From Octopus sinensis (taxonomy: Eukaryota): DNA of 64,000 nucleotides. The stretch is taken from NCBI RefSeq assembly GCF_006345805.1, contig NC_043006.1:101556001-101620000 (forward strand), in the 5' to 3' direction. Of this stretch, positions 12,920 through 25,528 are shown one piece after another. A program made the translations under genes and the position numbers. Every line of letters begins with the position of its first letter. Within the stretch, counting starts at the first letter, position 1. The notes beneath the pieces are model-generated. The model did no database searches, had not been told where the DNA came from, and was given only the letters and a program-made list of their open reading frames with translations.

Positions 12920-13110
12920 ATTTTAATGATCTTGGTTAAAATTCTAACAATACTATTAAACCATTGCATTTGAAAACTATGGAAATATTTAGAAAAAAGA
13001 AACATTTCATTTAATTTTTCTACACTTTAATTGTTTTTCATGCTTTACTCTAAGTTGAAGAAATCGCAAGACTGAAAGTAGTACTAGAATGTTCATGATA
13101 AAATTATTTT
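12920..13110. repeat. Direct copy of 11983-12175 (left arm of inverted repeat A)
   Basis: ttaatgatc.tggtt..ccattgcatttgaaaactatggaaatattt..tttactctaagttgaagaa shared. Confidence 0.88.
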
Positions 13111-16100
13111 AGCATTTTCTACCTTGTCCTATTTTCCTTATATATATATGTATATATATATATATATATATATTCACAATGGCATGAGTAAGCACACAAA
13201 TCAGTGATAGTTAGTGGCATATAACACCTAAATTTAATGATACAAAAAACCAAATAAATAAAAATATTTCTTTTTGAAAAGACATACAAACATTGCTTTA
13301 AAGTTAATTTCTCTAACTGTCCATTTTTCTATGTTCATTTGGTGTGGCAGTTTTTACAGCTTTGTGTGTTGTCAGAGGTACTAGGAGAGATGCTGCTTTT
13401 AACTTTCCAGTGATTTCCACCTAATTGTGAAATAGGAATCCCTGATGTCACCAAAGTAGTCTTGTAATAAGTAAAGTGCTTGGTACTGTGTTGGCATTTA
13501 GGTTTATCTTAAGGGCTGTATGTATGTTCAAATTCATGACCAAGGAAACTGATTGTGGTCTGTATCAGCAAGATTAGTATTATTAAGAAAACTGATAGAA
13601 AGAATACAGTAAAATTGCATTTGGAGAGTGGAATAGCCAACACTTCAAGCAGAGTCCTTATTCAGAGTTAACATGATAGAAACAGAAAACAAAGAAAGAC
13701 AACTGTGTTTTACATCATCTTTGCTTGAGCAACTGGCTACTTTATTAAAAATAATTGGTCAGAAATCTTACTTTGCTCTCTCAATGTATAGTTACTTCAT
13801 TTAAATGAGATTCTTGGGCTGGGTGATTTTTATATCTTTTATTTTTACATATGAGAAACAAATTTAATCTGTTAAGAATTCATTAATAATGACCTCCTTT
13901 CAATATATTTAGTGAGGTGTATCAAATTTAATGTTCCTCCTATATCTATTATATCCTAGTTTTGAATTGATAACTTTCCTGTTGAAAATGTTTTCAGTTT
14001 TGTAAGCATGTTGCATAGTTTCTTAAATAACATGTAAAAATTACATTATGGACTTTTCAGATTTCATATCCTCAGATTTATAATTATTCTGTCATTGTGG
14101 TTTTTAACCTTGGTGACAGTGCCATCTTGGAGGGCATTAAATGTCAAATGAGTGCTGAGGGTATGTTCAGAGGGGTTGAGATTTTATTTTCGAATAGAAA
14201 TTCGAAAACATTTTCAAAATGAAATTTTTGTCAAGATTAGAAAATGAGTTGGACATTCTGTTACCAATGAACAGAAAATAACTGATGACGAAGTTCGTTT
14301 TGCCTTCTTGATAACCATAAAAATTTAACTTCGAAGGTACTAGTTCACACAAACAAGTTGGATAGGGGATGGCAAAATAAAATACGAACGATAAATCAGT
14401 GCATAGAATTAGCTTCTGTTTGATTAAAATAATTTGCTGTTTTTTTTCATTTATTATTCTTTTGTAAAACATGAGGAAGGTAGGTAATTTCTAAAGCTCC
14501 ATTTGGTAAAAGGTGTGCTGAGTGACAAAAGGTAGAGAACCTCCGTTCTATAGGCATATATTATATATAGGACATTGCACTTCACTGTTCTCCTTTTTAT
14601 CTTCCTTTTTATTAATATATTGCTTTTTCCAAAACTATTTTGTAACAAAAGTATTTTGGAAAAATCTCCCCTCTCCTTTACTCTTTTTTAACTTTCAAGA
14701 ACTTGTTCTACTGTGCATAAATTTCTGTAATGTTTGTTAATTGAAAATTCTAAAATCAATTAATATATCAATATTATAGATTAAAATAGAATTTATTTTC
14801 TCTTGTTATTTTTCCTCTCATGAAAATTTATCACCCTTCACTTAATTTGTATGACTTTAATGAAAATGTTTAAACAATATATGTATATGTTTGTGGGTGT
14901 ATAAGTGTGTGTGGGTGTATATGTGTGTGTGTATATATGTATATATATATATATATATATATACATACTGAGAAAGAGAGATAGGATGAACTTGCATACG
15001 TATATATGTGTATTTTGCGGTGTGTGTAATCGAACCGAATATTTCATCTAAATTATTAATCACATGATTACTTCATGTTTTTTCACCTCGGCTTTAGGTT
15101 ATAGCAGTTAGATAAAAATTATTAAATTAGTGGTTCACATCAGAAAAGGTATCCAGCTGTAAAACCTTCTCTTTAATTACATATGGTCTGCTTCACATAA
15201 TTTTACCACACCTTTGTACAGTTTCTATACTGACAGTTCTTTTATTTTACATTGTTCCTATGGAGATTATTATTATTATTATTATTATTATGTGTCTATA
15301 TTCATTATAATCTCTCCTGCTGAAATCGAAGGAAAGCACAGAGAGGAGTGTGCTGAATTACAGGAGTGAACATAGTGCAATTAGTTTTCTATTGAAAAAC
15401 GTGTGTGAGTGATGGAAATACACGTAGCAGTGTTGTTTGTTCTGGGTTTAGGGAGTAAGAAATATCAGAAATGTTTGTTATTAAATATGAAGAAACAGAA
15501 CACATTCATGCATGATAATGAAAATAGAAAGAAATAGAAAAGAAGAAAAGTATGTAGGGATATGAAAACATATATCCAAGTAGTTTGTTCAAAGATAGAG
15601 AGAGATGAAGTCTTAAAGACCAACAAGAATGTAGATGTAATTCTTCCTTTGTTTTAAATATCATTCGGGGATTGAGGAGACTCTTTAAATCAACTGCTTC
15701 TCATCTCAAAATGTCTGGTCTTATACCAAAACAACATTAGCATCATCAAGATTATGATGCATTCGTATATTTATTACCAGTCAAAAGGGAAAAAGTAAAA
15801 GCCTAGACTTTTTTTCATAGTTGTTTATGTTTTCTAGTCATTATACACATTCTGTGATTTCTTGTTATATTTGTATGTATTTTTTTTTTGCATATATCAG
15901 TGTATGAACATCATTTTTGTCTTTGTTTTATGTCCACTTTCCATGTTGGTATGAATGGATGGTCCATTTTTGCTCTCCTGGGGGCTACATGTCACTCATA
16001 AATATAATTTTTGTCTTGGTTTTCATTGGCGGGTGCATTCTGTCATAGCACCAGCAATAGAGAGGGTAAGAATAAGTGAGAGAGTGTGGTGGATGGCAAG

Positions 16101-18821
16101 AAATGAACAAATGGTGAGAGTGAATAACAGTGAGGATACTAGATATTTTCTGCAGTATATGCAGACCTCAGCATGTGGAGTTTTGCAGACGGGGTCAGGT
16201 AAGTCTTTAGCTCATTACACACTGCAAGCATTGTTTGGGTTAGTGAAAAAAGATATACATCTATTCTTAGTGACATCAGTAGCTTAGAACTGTGAAGCTG
16301 AAAAGAAGTGAGAAATCAAGAGATGGTTAATAGGGGCATAAGCACTATAGGCATGATTGATAAAGCCAAGGACAACAGTCATGGGTGTATATATTTTCAT
16401 ACTTGTCTTTCTTTCTGTGCTATTTTGTGGATTGTTCTTTCTTCAAACAGAACCAAAGATGGCTTAGTTGATAGCATGCAAGAGAAACAGCGGCAAGATG
16501 AACAGTTCTTATCCCATTATTGAGTTTGAGCATTTCTGTGACTGAGTATACCTAACTGTAAATAGATTAGCATAGTTAACTGGTGTAAGTGGCGGAAGTT
16601 TAGAATTGATAAGATTTTCATAGCTCACTGCATTGAGTTAAGGCTCTTGTTCCTGTGGGTTTTAGTCATTATAGAAATAGAAGCAGTATACCAGTGTGAG
16701 TCTCTCTTGTGCTTTGTAGAGAATGAGCAACTGTTGACAGCTGAAGGATTTTCTGGTTCTAAATAGAAAAGCCTGTCTTTGGGTGATGTAGTTTTCGTTA
16801 TGCTGTAGGTATGAGATCAGCAGGAGAAAGGATCAATGATTATGAGACATAACAGTTGCAGTGACCTTAAGGGTTTTAATTGTATTATATCTTTACTGAT
16901 TGTGTCTTTATAATGTTGAAGAAGACAAGATTGATATGACCTTATTGGAGATTATTTTCTAGGTTTATGTTCTAGGTTTGCATGTGATAGATTTAATTCT
17001 ATCAGTATTCCTCATTTCAGCAAGTGTTATCAATTCCACCTCCTTCTATAGTTGGTTTAACTATTCAATTTTAATCATGATGTAAATAAGCATCAGAAAA
17101 TAAAACCCCTCGAGACATTATACTTAAGGCTAATGTGACAAAACATAAAACTTTCTAGTTTCAATCCCTGAAAGAACTGCTTCTCTTAGATTATTTCTTT
17201 GGCAAAGAAGACTCATCTTTCTATTTTATATTCTCCCTAAATAAGTTAAAGCAATACCTATAAAAGAACTCATGCAATTATTATGATAGTGTTGGTGTCG
17301 TCATCGTTTTTAGGCTTCATGAGTAGAAAACACAAATATTTACTTTCTGACATTCCCGTTATCCAGTAATCAATTGGAATCTGAATGTTCTTGTTGGTAG
17401 TGGAGCTCTTAAAAAAAAACCCCAAAAAACAAACAAACAAATAAGCATGTTAAGAATACTAAAATAAAAGTTTCTAGATTCCATGGTTATTATCTAACAC
17501 TAAACTTTATTTAAACTGCTTTCTTGTGTTACTTAGATTTATGAGTATATATAAAAAGAAAAAAATGCTGTTTAGCCAAGAAAATTCTGTGCTCATTAAA
17601 AATAAGAAATAGTAATTTTGGCTCTCTTAGAAAAAGTTTAATGCATTATATATTATATTTATCTTCAATCTTTATAACTGTTGTGGCAGTAGAAACATAT
17701 CTTTAAGGGCCATATTTGAGAGTAAAAACAGGCAAAATAAAAATCTATATGACGCCATCCCCACCATCATCATTATCATCATTGTTGTCATAAAAGTTAT
17801 TATCAGTACTGAAGCATGAACACTTTAGTGAATTAGGGTTTATTTTCTTCTCCTCTAGGACCATTAAGTATGCAGTTATATAGCAGTATATCTTCAGTTC
17901 CCATCAAATGCCATGTAATTTTAAAATTGTTTGTTTGTTTTCGCTTTTTTTTTTCCTTGATACAAGAACATTTCTTCTAATTTCTGATCAAGAGAAATAT
18001 ATTGTGAAACATCATGATCAGTCACTTGAACATAATGGCTATATGTAGCAAAAACAAAGTAATTGAAAATTTATGCAATGGCGATAACATATAGGAATGC
18101 AATTTGTACACCTGGTTGGTTGTATGACCCAAACATAACTTTTTAACTCTACTTTTCTAAGGCTGCAAGCTTTAGTCTCTCCTGTCCAGTGAAACAACAC
18201 AACACAATGCACAATAGGTTACAGAATCATGATCCTGCTCAAGGAATCTAATATGTTATCCATTTTGACAAGATGTCTCTGCAGGCCTTAAAATAATGAT
18301 GTTATTGATCATGCTGAATAAATTGGCTGATGGGAATAATACGAAAAAAATAAAACAACATGGTAATCCATTCATTGATTGAACTCTGTCAGTTTTTCTA
18401 TCCAACTTGTCCATTTCTTGTAATTCTTCTTTCCTAAGCCCAAAGTTGCATGAAGTTCTAGACATTTTGTCGCTATGAAAATCCTGGAGTAGCTGAAAGT
18501 AGCCCCGAATTTAATTTCTGTTGATTCTCGTTTAATAAATACATTCCTGTTCAATATTCATATATTGTAATTTAAGTGGTTTAGTTTAGTTTAGTGATAG
18601 TCACAACTAGCTGCAATCTAAAGAGATCTATCCACATACAAAATAAGGGTGTGTGGCTTATATTTCCCATAATTCTGTTCAACTGTATTAATCTCTTTAA
18701 TAAAAAAAAAAATATTAGTTATGTATTTTCTGAACAGTGAATGATCAGCTCTTGGGGAATTTGAAGGCAAACTTATAAGATATGAAACTAAGTAGTTCAA
18801 TGTATTTGGATATAGCACTCT

Positions 18822-18876
<55 letters not shown>

Positions 18877-19309
18877 GCTTTAAGACTGAGTTATTTTTTG
18901 TTATTTTGAAATCTTTGCACCAGAGATTTCTATTTTCTTATAAGTTTTACTTTGCCTGTAATGTTTTTATATAACTAGACATAGTTGTTTCACTAATACT
19001 TTGAATGGTGATACATAAGCATATTTTTTTACACATGCAAGCATCCTTTGTGTCAAATTTATTTCTTGTTAGTATTTTAGATATAGTTATCATCTCTGAT
19101 GGGTTTGTTTTTCTAAGATAACTTCAAGTTATTTAACATGCAGCAGAAATAAAATATAGAATATTTAAAATCACTGATAGTATAATAAGTTTTTATTTTC
19201 CCCAGACATGTTTTATTTTCAGTGTATACCTGGTGCTTACTTTATTAACTAAACAGATAAATTCAAAATATCTTCTAATGGAATAGGAACTCAGAATCTT
19301 GAGGTCATT

Positions 19310-19520
19310 TTTGTCATCATCATCGTCATTGTTGTCATCTTCGTCATCCTTTAATGTCCATTTTCCATACTGGCATGGGTTGGATGGTTTGACGAGAACT
19401 AGCAAGCCAGAGAGCTACACTAGGTTCTAGTCTGATTTGGTTTGGTTTTTACAGTTTGATGCCCTTCTTAATGCCAACCACTTTACAGTGTGTATGCTGG
19501 GTGCTTTTGACATGGCGTTG
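19310..19520. mobile_element. Interspersed repeat family D (with (CAT)n end)
   Basis: Homologous to 57485-57845 (catcatcattta.cgtcc..ttccatgct.gcatgggttgga.gg..gatgcccttcctaatgccaaccac). Confidence 0.75.
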
Positions 19521-19523
19521 GTT

Positions 19524-19995
19524 CTCTCTTTACTCTCTCTCTTTTACTTGTTTCAGTCATTTGACTGCAGCCATGATGGAGCACTGCCTTTATAGTCAAG
19601 CAAATCAACCCCAGAGCTTATTCTTTGTAAGCCTAGTACTCATTCTGTTGGTCTCTTTTGCCAAACCACTAAGTTACAGGGGACATAAACACACCAGCAT
19701 CAGTTGTCAAGCGATGCTGGGGCGACAAACAGACACATAAACATATAAACACACACACACACATATATATGTATATGTATATATATATGTATATGTATAT
19801 ATATATGTATATATATATATATATATATATACATTGGGCTTCTTCCAGTTTCTATCTACCAATTCCACTCACAAGGGGTTGGTCGGCCTGAGGCTATAGG
19901 AGAAGATACTTGCCCAAGGTGTCATGCAGTGGGACTGAACCCGGGACCATGTGGTTGGTAAGCAAGCTACTTACCACACAGCCACTCCTGCGCCT
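19524..19995 (-). mobile_element. tRNA-derived SINE family A, full length, internal (CA)/(TA) tract
   Basis: Head on minus aggcgcaggagtggctgtgtggtaag..ggttcagtccc (A/B boxes); tail ctgaaacaagtaaaagag; high identity to 24866, 34675, 43690 and 52113. Confidence 0.92.
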
Positions 19996-20418
19996 TGAAA
20001 TATTTTATCAAATTCTCTATCTGCAACACTAATCTGACTTATTTTTGTTATTCCCACAACTAACTCTCTTGATTTGCAATGCAATAGTAAATTGAAATAA
20101 GTCCAAGTATGAAAATATTACTGGTATGTCTTTTATTGATTGTGATATGAAATATTAAAATGTGCATTCATATCTGTTTGTCAAAGTTTGTCTTGACTGT
20201 GACAGGCTCATTCATCTTAAGATCTCATTCAGTATCAAGTTACACAATCAGTAAATGTTGTAATGTTATTCTTACACTTGCTTTAAAATAATAACCCCAA
20301 GTTAACATTAACTGTCGGTTATCTAGCATTTAGACCTACTAATTTGCCAACCAAACCATTGGTATTCGGTACTAACAGTAATAAAACCTATGTTTGATTC
20401 TGTGATGAATAATGCCTA

Positions 20419-20587
20419 TTAACCGTTTAGCATTTAAACTGGCCATATCTGGCTCAAATGTTTTATGCTCAAACTGGCCACATCTGGCCTCTCACACCAT
20501 TGAAATCTTGAAGCTGCATGATTAATTTAAAACAATGGGAATAAATAAGCATCACATTTGACAGAGTAATTTAAATGCTAGAGTAAA
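20419..20587. mobile_element. TTAA-flanked MITE (piggyBac-like termini)
   Basis: ttaa|ccgtttagcattt ... aaatgctagagtaaa; homologous to 37318, 39507, 39843 and 54077. Confidence 0.65.
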
Positions 20588-21077
20588 CCATAAATAAAGC
20601 TTCTTTCCTTTCCTAGCTACTGACATTATTTAGACATTTTCTTGGGATTTTAAACTCAATCTCAGCTTTTCAAAGGGTAAAAAAGCATTTGTGAACTGTT
20701 ATATTAGAACAAATATCAATATATAAAACTCCTGTCTAATTAGCTTACATTGTCTTAGGAATTCTGTGAAATGCATTGCTCTTAGCATTTCACAAAGTAG
20801 GTTATTGGATTATTTAGCTGCTTCAATTAGTTAGTGAAGTCACTAACATCTAAATGGTAACTTTTGACACCATAGCTCAAAACATTATAATGCTCTCTAC
20901 CTTCAAACTGATTTTATTATTACTAGGATCTATTTTATTTTATTCATTCAGATCATTAATGCTCTTGGGAAAGGTACTAATAGCATAACATCCTATTTTC
21001 TCACCCATCTCTGGTTTCATACTTTTATAAAACATGTGAACCAGTGTCTGTATTTGTACGTGTATATATGTGTGTAG

Positions 21078-21114
<37 letters not shown>

Positions 21115-21519
21115 CAGCAGGTATTTTGTTTTCTTGTTAGTATAATTTAATTGACAAATAGGTTAATGCTTTTCATTGTTTATACACATTGAAGTAGCTT
21201 AGGCCAAAAGCAAGCCTTATAGGCTGTCACTCAGCCTGCTAAATATAGTAGCCAAAATCTTCCTTACATCATACTCTGTCATCTTAAACAGGGATAGACT
21301 GGATACACTATTCCTAAAGAAAATATAAGTAAATAAAAGATCATTACAGCTTGAATACCTTTGGTCATAGGTCTGTTGGATCAAAGCCAACTCCTGGTTG
21401 AATAGCTACAGTCACCTTTAGTAAACTGTTGATTTTAGTTCTTTTGTTTTTTAACTCTTTGCCAGTCCTGTGTACCACATGTGAAACGAGGACATATTTC
21501 CCTGGCTTCTATGCATCAT

Positions 21520-21775
21520 AGGGTAAAGACCCCATTCAGTCAGGAATGACCATGGGATTGCACCAAGAAAGTTCGCCTCTAAAGTACAAGCTCAGGTAAG
21601 GTTGTTAGGGAAAGGCAGCGGCTGTTACAGCTTGGCACCAGTGACTTCACAACTCATTTCTACAGCTGAGTGAACTGGAGCCACATGAAATAAAGTGTTT
21701 TGCTCAAGAACACAACACACTCACTACCTCATGATTGTGAGCCCAACACTTTAACCACTGAGCCATATGCCTTCA
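21520..21775 (-). mobile_element. tRNA-derived SINE (body type 2), decayed
   Basis: ctacagctgagtgaactggagc..gaaataaagtgttttgctcaagaacacaac..aaccactgagccat is the reverse complement of the head/body at 41735 and 50445. Confidence 0.7.
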
Positions 21776-22489
21776 TATATGTATGATACATATTCCCAAT
21801 TATCTCTCAACCTCCAGAGTAACTTGGTATTTAAAGTAAAGCTTTGTGTTATTCAGAATGTATGAAACAAGGACTAACTAACTAAAAGTCTAGAAACAAG
21901 CATAGTTGTTTCAGACAAAATATGAAAATGTTTTGGATAAGCAAAGGTCAGGTCAGGTATGGAGCATGCACCATTGCAGTACATCACTGCATTCACTAAT
22001 TGTTGGTATTTGCTTGGGTCATCCTGGGCAACCCTCTAAGCAGTGTTCCAGTCAGTTCTCGCCTTTGTGAAATACTTCCTCATCACTCATGATGACCATG
22101 AGGCATGTGGCCAACCAACACGAGTGTCATTCTTGCTGGATCTTCAGAGAAGAGAAACCAGTATGCTGGATCTAACTCAGAAAAATGAGCAATATGAACA
22201 GTCTAAGCTGACGCTCCTGAATCATGCAAGGGACAATAAGCATCCCAGAAAAGGGCTGAAGATGAAGTGATTCCACACTTATTATGTTCTCTACTCTTTT
22301 CATTAGTATGCCAGGGGAAATGTTTTGTGGTATTTTGTCCCTCTTGATTCTCTCAATCCAAATTCTGCTGAAGTTGACTTAGCTTTTCATTTTTTTCGGG
22401 ATTGATAAAATAAGTATCAGTTGAGCAACTGGGGTCAATGTAATTGACTTTACTCCTGGGTATAAGTATAAAAAAAAATAATAAACTGC

Positions 22490-22625
22490 ACCCCTCTGCC
22501 AAGCCATGTGAAGCGAGTGTAGCAGAATAGGTCCATCAAACCAATATGATCTCAAGCTCAAATTCATGGCCTCCACATCAGGCTGTGTTTGGTGGAGGGA
22601 ACATGCTGAGGCCTTCAACTGAACT
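22490..22625. repeat. Dispersed repeat, second copy at ~59605-59720
   Basis: Shared catcaaacca.tatgatctcaagctcaaattca.g.cctccacatcag..ttggtggag.gaacatgctgaggc. Confidence 0.8.
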
Positions 22626-23322
22626 GAAGCAATCTAATCCAATCTTCTTTTTATTATATTTGTCTTCAGCATCATTGCACTATGATTATCACCTCTATTT
22701 TCATTGTCCTTATTGCTTATCATCTGCATTAGCAATGGTAACTACTGCTGTTGTTTCTCCTATTTTTCTTTCTTTTATACTGCCATGGGCCAGAGACACT
22801 TTGGCTAGTAATTAACACTTGTCCAATTTACCATGTCCTCTGACTACTAATCCAGTTCAGAATCAGGGCAATTTAAAAATCAAATTATTATTTCGTTCCA
22901 ATAACGCCATCATCTATTTCTACCAGCCTTCGTCTTATCACTTGTGAGAAAAAGGAAACAAGCAAAAAAACAACAACAAAAAAGCATACATTAATAATGT
23001 TTTGCTGAAAATATACATCATTGCTGCATGAATAGTCATCAACGACTTTTAATTGTAGTTCCTTTGTATAAAGATTTAATACACAAGATGAAAGTTGTGG
23101 TTAATGTTTTTTTGTACTGTGTATTTATTTATTTTATGCAGTGGCTCTTTATTGAGATTTCTCATCTAGCTTACATCTACCACTTAGGAAATGCCATAAT
23201 CTCAATCTTCTTATGATCTTTACTTTGGATGACTTGATTTTATAGGTATTCTTCTCAACAGATTGTTTTATTAATCTATAAATCTTTATTACATTTGAAA
23301 TACTACAAGTTCCTTATCTCTG

Positions 23323-23348
23323 TATTATTATTATTATTATTATTATTA

Positions 23349-23396
<48 letters not shown>

Positions 23397-23470
23397 CATT
23401 ATTATTATTATTATCATCATTATTATCATTATTATTATTATCATCATCATCATCATCATTATTATTATTA
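23323..23470. repeat. ~148-bp (TAT)n/(CAT)n trinucleotide tract
   Basis: Directly visible; source of the poly-Y/H ORF 23295-23522. Confidence 0.97.
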
Positions 23471-23691
23471 TTTTCTTTCAATTTTGTTTCCATTTCTTAC
23501 TGAGTGTCTTCCCAACACCTAGGGTAAAGAAACTCACTGTATACATAGGTAGGCCATTAAAATAAACACACCAGATTGTTCATTTATAAAGTCACATGAT
23601 GGAAAAAAAGGGAAGAAAAACAGAGAAAGGAAGGAAAAAAGGAAAGCAAAGAAAATCTGGGGAAAAGGAAAGAAAATTCAGTGATGACACC

Positions 23692-23825
23692 TCAAATGAT
23701 TTCTAGTTTCCTCATTCCAAATGCTCCTAGAATCACTGGTATTGTAGCCATCTTGAGATACCATATCTTTTTGATTTCAGTCAACAAATCTTTATATTTT
23801 CTGAGCTCATCAAATCCAGTTATGA
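23692..23825 (-). mobile_element. R4/Dong-clade LINE endonuclease fragment
   Basis: Minus translation ELRKYKDLLTEIKKIWYLKMATIPVILGAFG matches the EK..KY.DL..EI...W......IPV..GALG segment of RLE LINEs. Confidence 0.82.
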
Positions 23826-23838
23826 TTATTAATATTAT

Positions 23839-24462
23839 GCGGCAAGCTGACTGAATTGTTGGCATGTTGGGCAAAACGCTTAGTGGCATTTTGTTGGTCT
23901 TTATGTTCTCTATTCAAATTCTGCTGAGGTTGGCTTTGCATTTCATCCTTTCAGGTTCAACACAATAAGTACGTGTTGAACACTGGGGTTGATATAATTG
24001 ACTTATTACTACCCACATAATTACTGGACTTATGCCAAAAAATTTGGCGAATGGCAATGAGCTGGCTGAACCGTTAGCACACCAGGCAAAATGCTTAGTG
24101 GTATTTCATCTGTCACTACATTCTGAGTTCAAATTCCACCAAGGTTGACATTACCTTTTGTCTTTTTGTGGTTGATTAAATAGGTACTGGTTAGGCACTG
24201 CAGTCAATGTAATCAACTTAATCCCCACCCCAAATTTCATGCCATGACAGGATTATTAAGGTGGTGACTTAGCAGAAGCATTAGCATGCTGGGCAACATG
24301 CTAAGCAGCATTTCATCTGTCTTTGTGTTCTGAGTTCAAATTCTGCTGAGGTTGACTTTGCTTTTCATTCTTTCAGAGTCAATAAAATAAATACCAGCTG
24401 AACACTGAAGTTGATGTAATTGACTTATCCTTCTCTCTGAAGTTGCTGGCTTTATGCCAAAA
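23839..24462 (+). mobile_element. Three head-to-tail SINE family B copies (23839-24045, 24046-24255, 24258-24462)
   Basis: Each has gc..gaa..gttagca..c.gggcaaaatgcttag.ggcattt..gttctgagttcaaatt..gaggttgactttg. Confidence 0.88.
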
Positions 24463-24865
24463 TCATCATCATCGTCATCGTCATCGTCCTCCTCCTCCTT
24501 TAATGGTTTCATGTCAACTTTACATTGCACCAAAAGATACCCTTCTATGTTTCTCAGATGCAAATAGTATTGTTATTTTTAAGGATAAAGAAGTGTTTGT
24601 TTTGCTTCTGATTTTTATGTAATTTATAATGTTATACTTGTTTCTTCTGAAAGTTTTATTGTATTGGGAGCTGGTTGTGTCAGTTGTCAAGCATATACAG
24701 CATAAATTGTGATAACATATAGAAAATGTTACATGTAGGATCTAAATTGTAGGCTTGCTATTGAGTCAAGAACTGAGATTGATAGTAAGGCATAGAATGT
24801 GTTCTGACTTGTAGATCTGTTTGGGATTCTACATAAGTTTATGGAGACTTGTGTGGTATTTATGT

Positions 24866-25284
24866 TTTACTCTCTTTCTCTTTTACTCTTTTACTTGTTT
24901 CAGTCATTTGACTGCGGCCATACTGCAGCATTGCCTTTAGTCGAGCAAATCAACCCCAGGACTTATTCTTTGTAAGCCTAGTACTTATTGTATTGGTCTC
25001 TTTTGCCAAACTGCTAAGTTATGGGGGTGTAAATACACCTGCATCGGTTGTCAAGTGATGTTGGAGGGACAAACACTGACACGCAAACATATACACACAC
25101 ATACATATACATATTTACACATATACGATGGGCTTCTTCCAGTTTCCGTCTACCAAATCCAATCACAAGGCTTTGGTCGGCCCGAGGCTATAGAAGACAC
25201 TTGCCCAAGGTGCCACGCCGTGGGACTGAACCCGGAACCATGTGGTTGATAAGCAAGCTACTTCCACACAGCCGCTCCTGTGAC
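24866..25284 (-). mobile_element. tRNA-derived SINE family A
   Basis: As 19524-19995; explains ORFs 25048-25287 and 25055-25249. Confidence 0.92.
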
Positions 25285-25496
25285 TAGTGTTCTTTTTATC
25301 ATGTCTCAGTATGGTGGGCCATGTGCCATTTAATACTCCAATTATTAACAATTACTATATTTGTTTCTGTTGTGATTGTAATTTGTTAACAAGATTTTAA
25401 TATTTCTGGCTCTTAACATTTGCAAGGATGAAAAGCAAGTTGGAACATTTACACTACATTGTAATTGGCTTGGTCCTTAGTTGTTCATTTAGGAAG

Positions 25497-25525
<29 letters not shown>

Positions 25526-25528
<3 letters not shown>

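Noticed and set aside
14186-14215. Possible heat-shock element
   Set aside because: GAA/TTC spacing does not fit nGAAnnTTCn.
14281-14305. CTGATGA followed by a small hairpin
   Set aside because: No GAAA core or stem I/III; not a hammerhead.
15900-17100. Compositionally balanced block possibly an old LINE; 22040-22270 with IMQGTI-like RTE tail
   Set aside because: No unambiguous RT or endonuclease motif could be read.
23295-23522. Poly-Tyr/His ORF (also poly-Ile ORFs 9796-10005 and 28884-29163, poly-Thr 44165-44389)
   Set aside because: Trinucleotide repeats lacking stops in one frame.
25048-25287. Recurring ORFs such as MSSDVGGTNTDTQT.. and YQIHSQGIGRPGAIAEDTCPRC (also 43858, 52289, 19456, 51988)
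   Set aside because: Derived from SINE family A; they recur because the SINE recurs.
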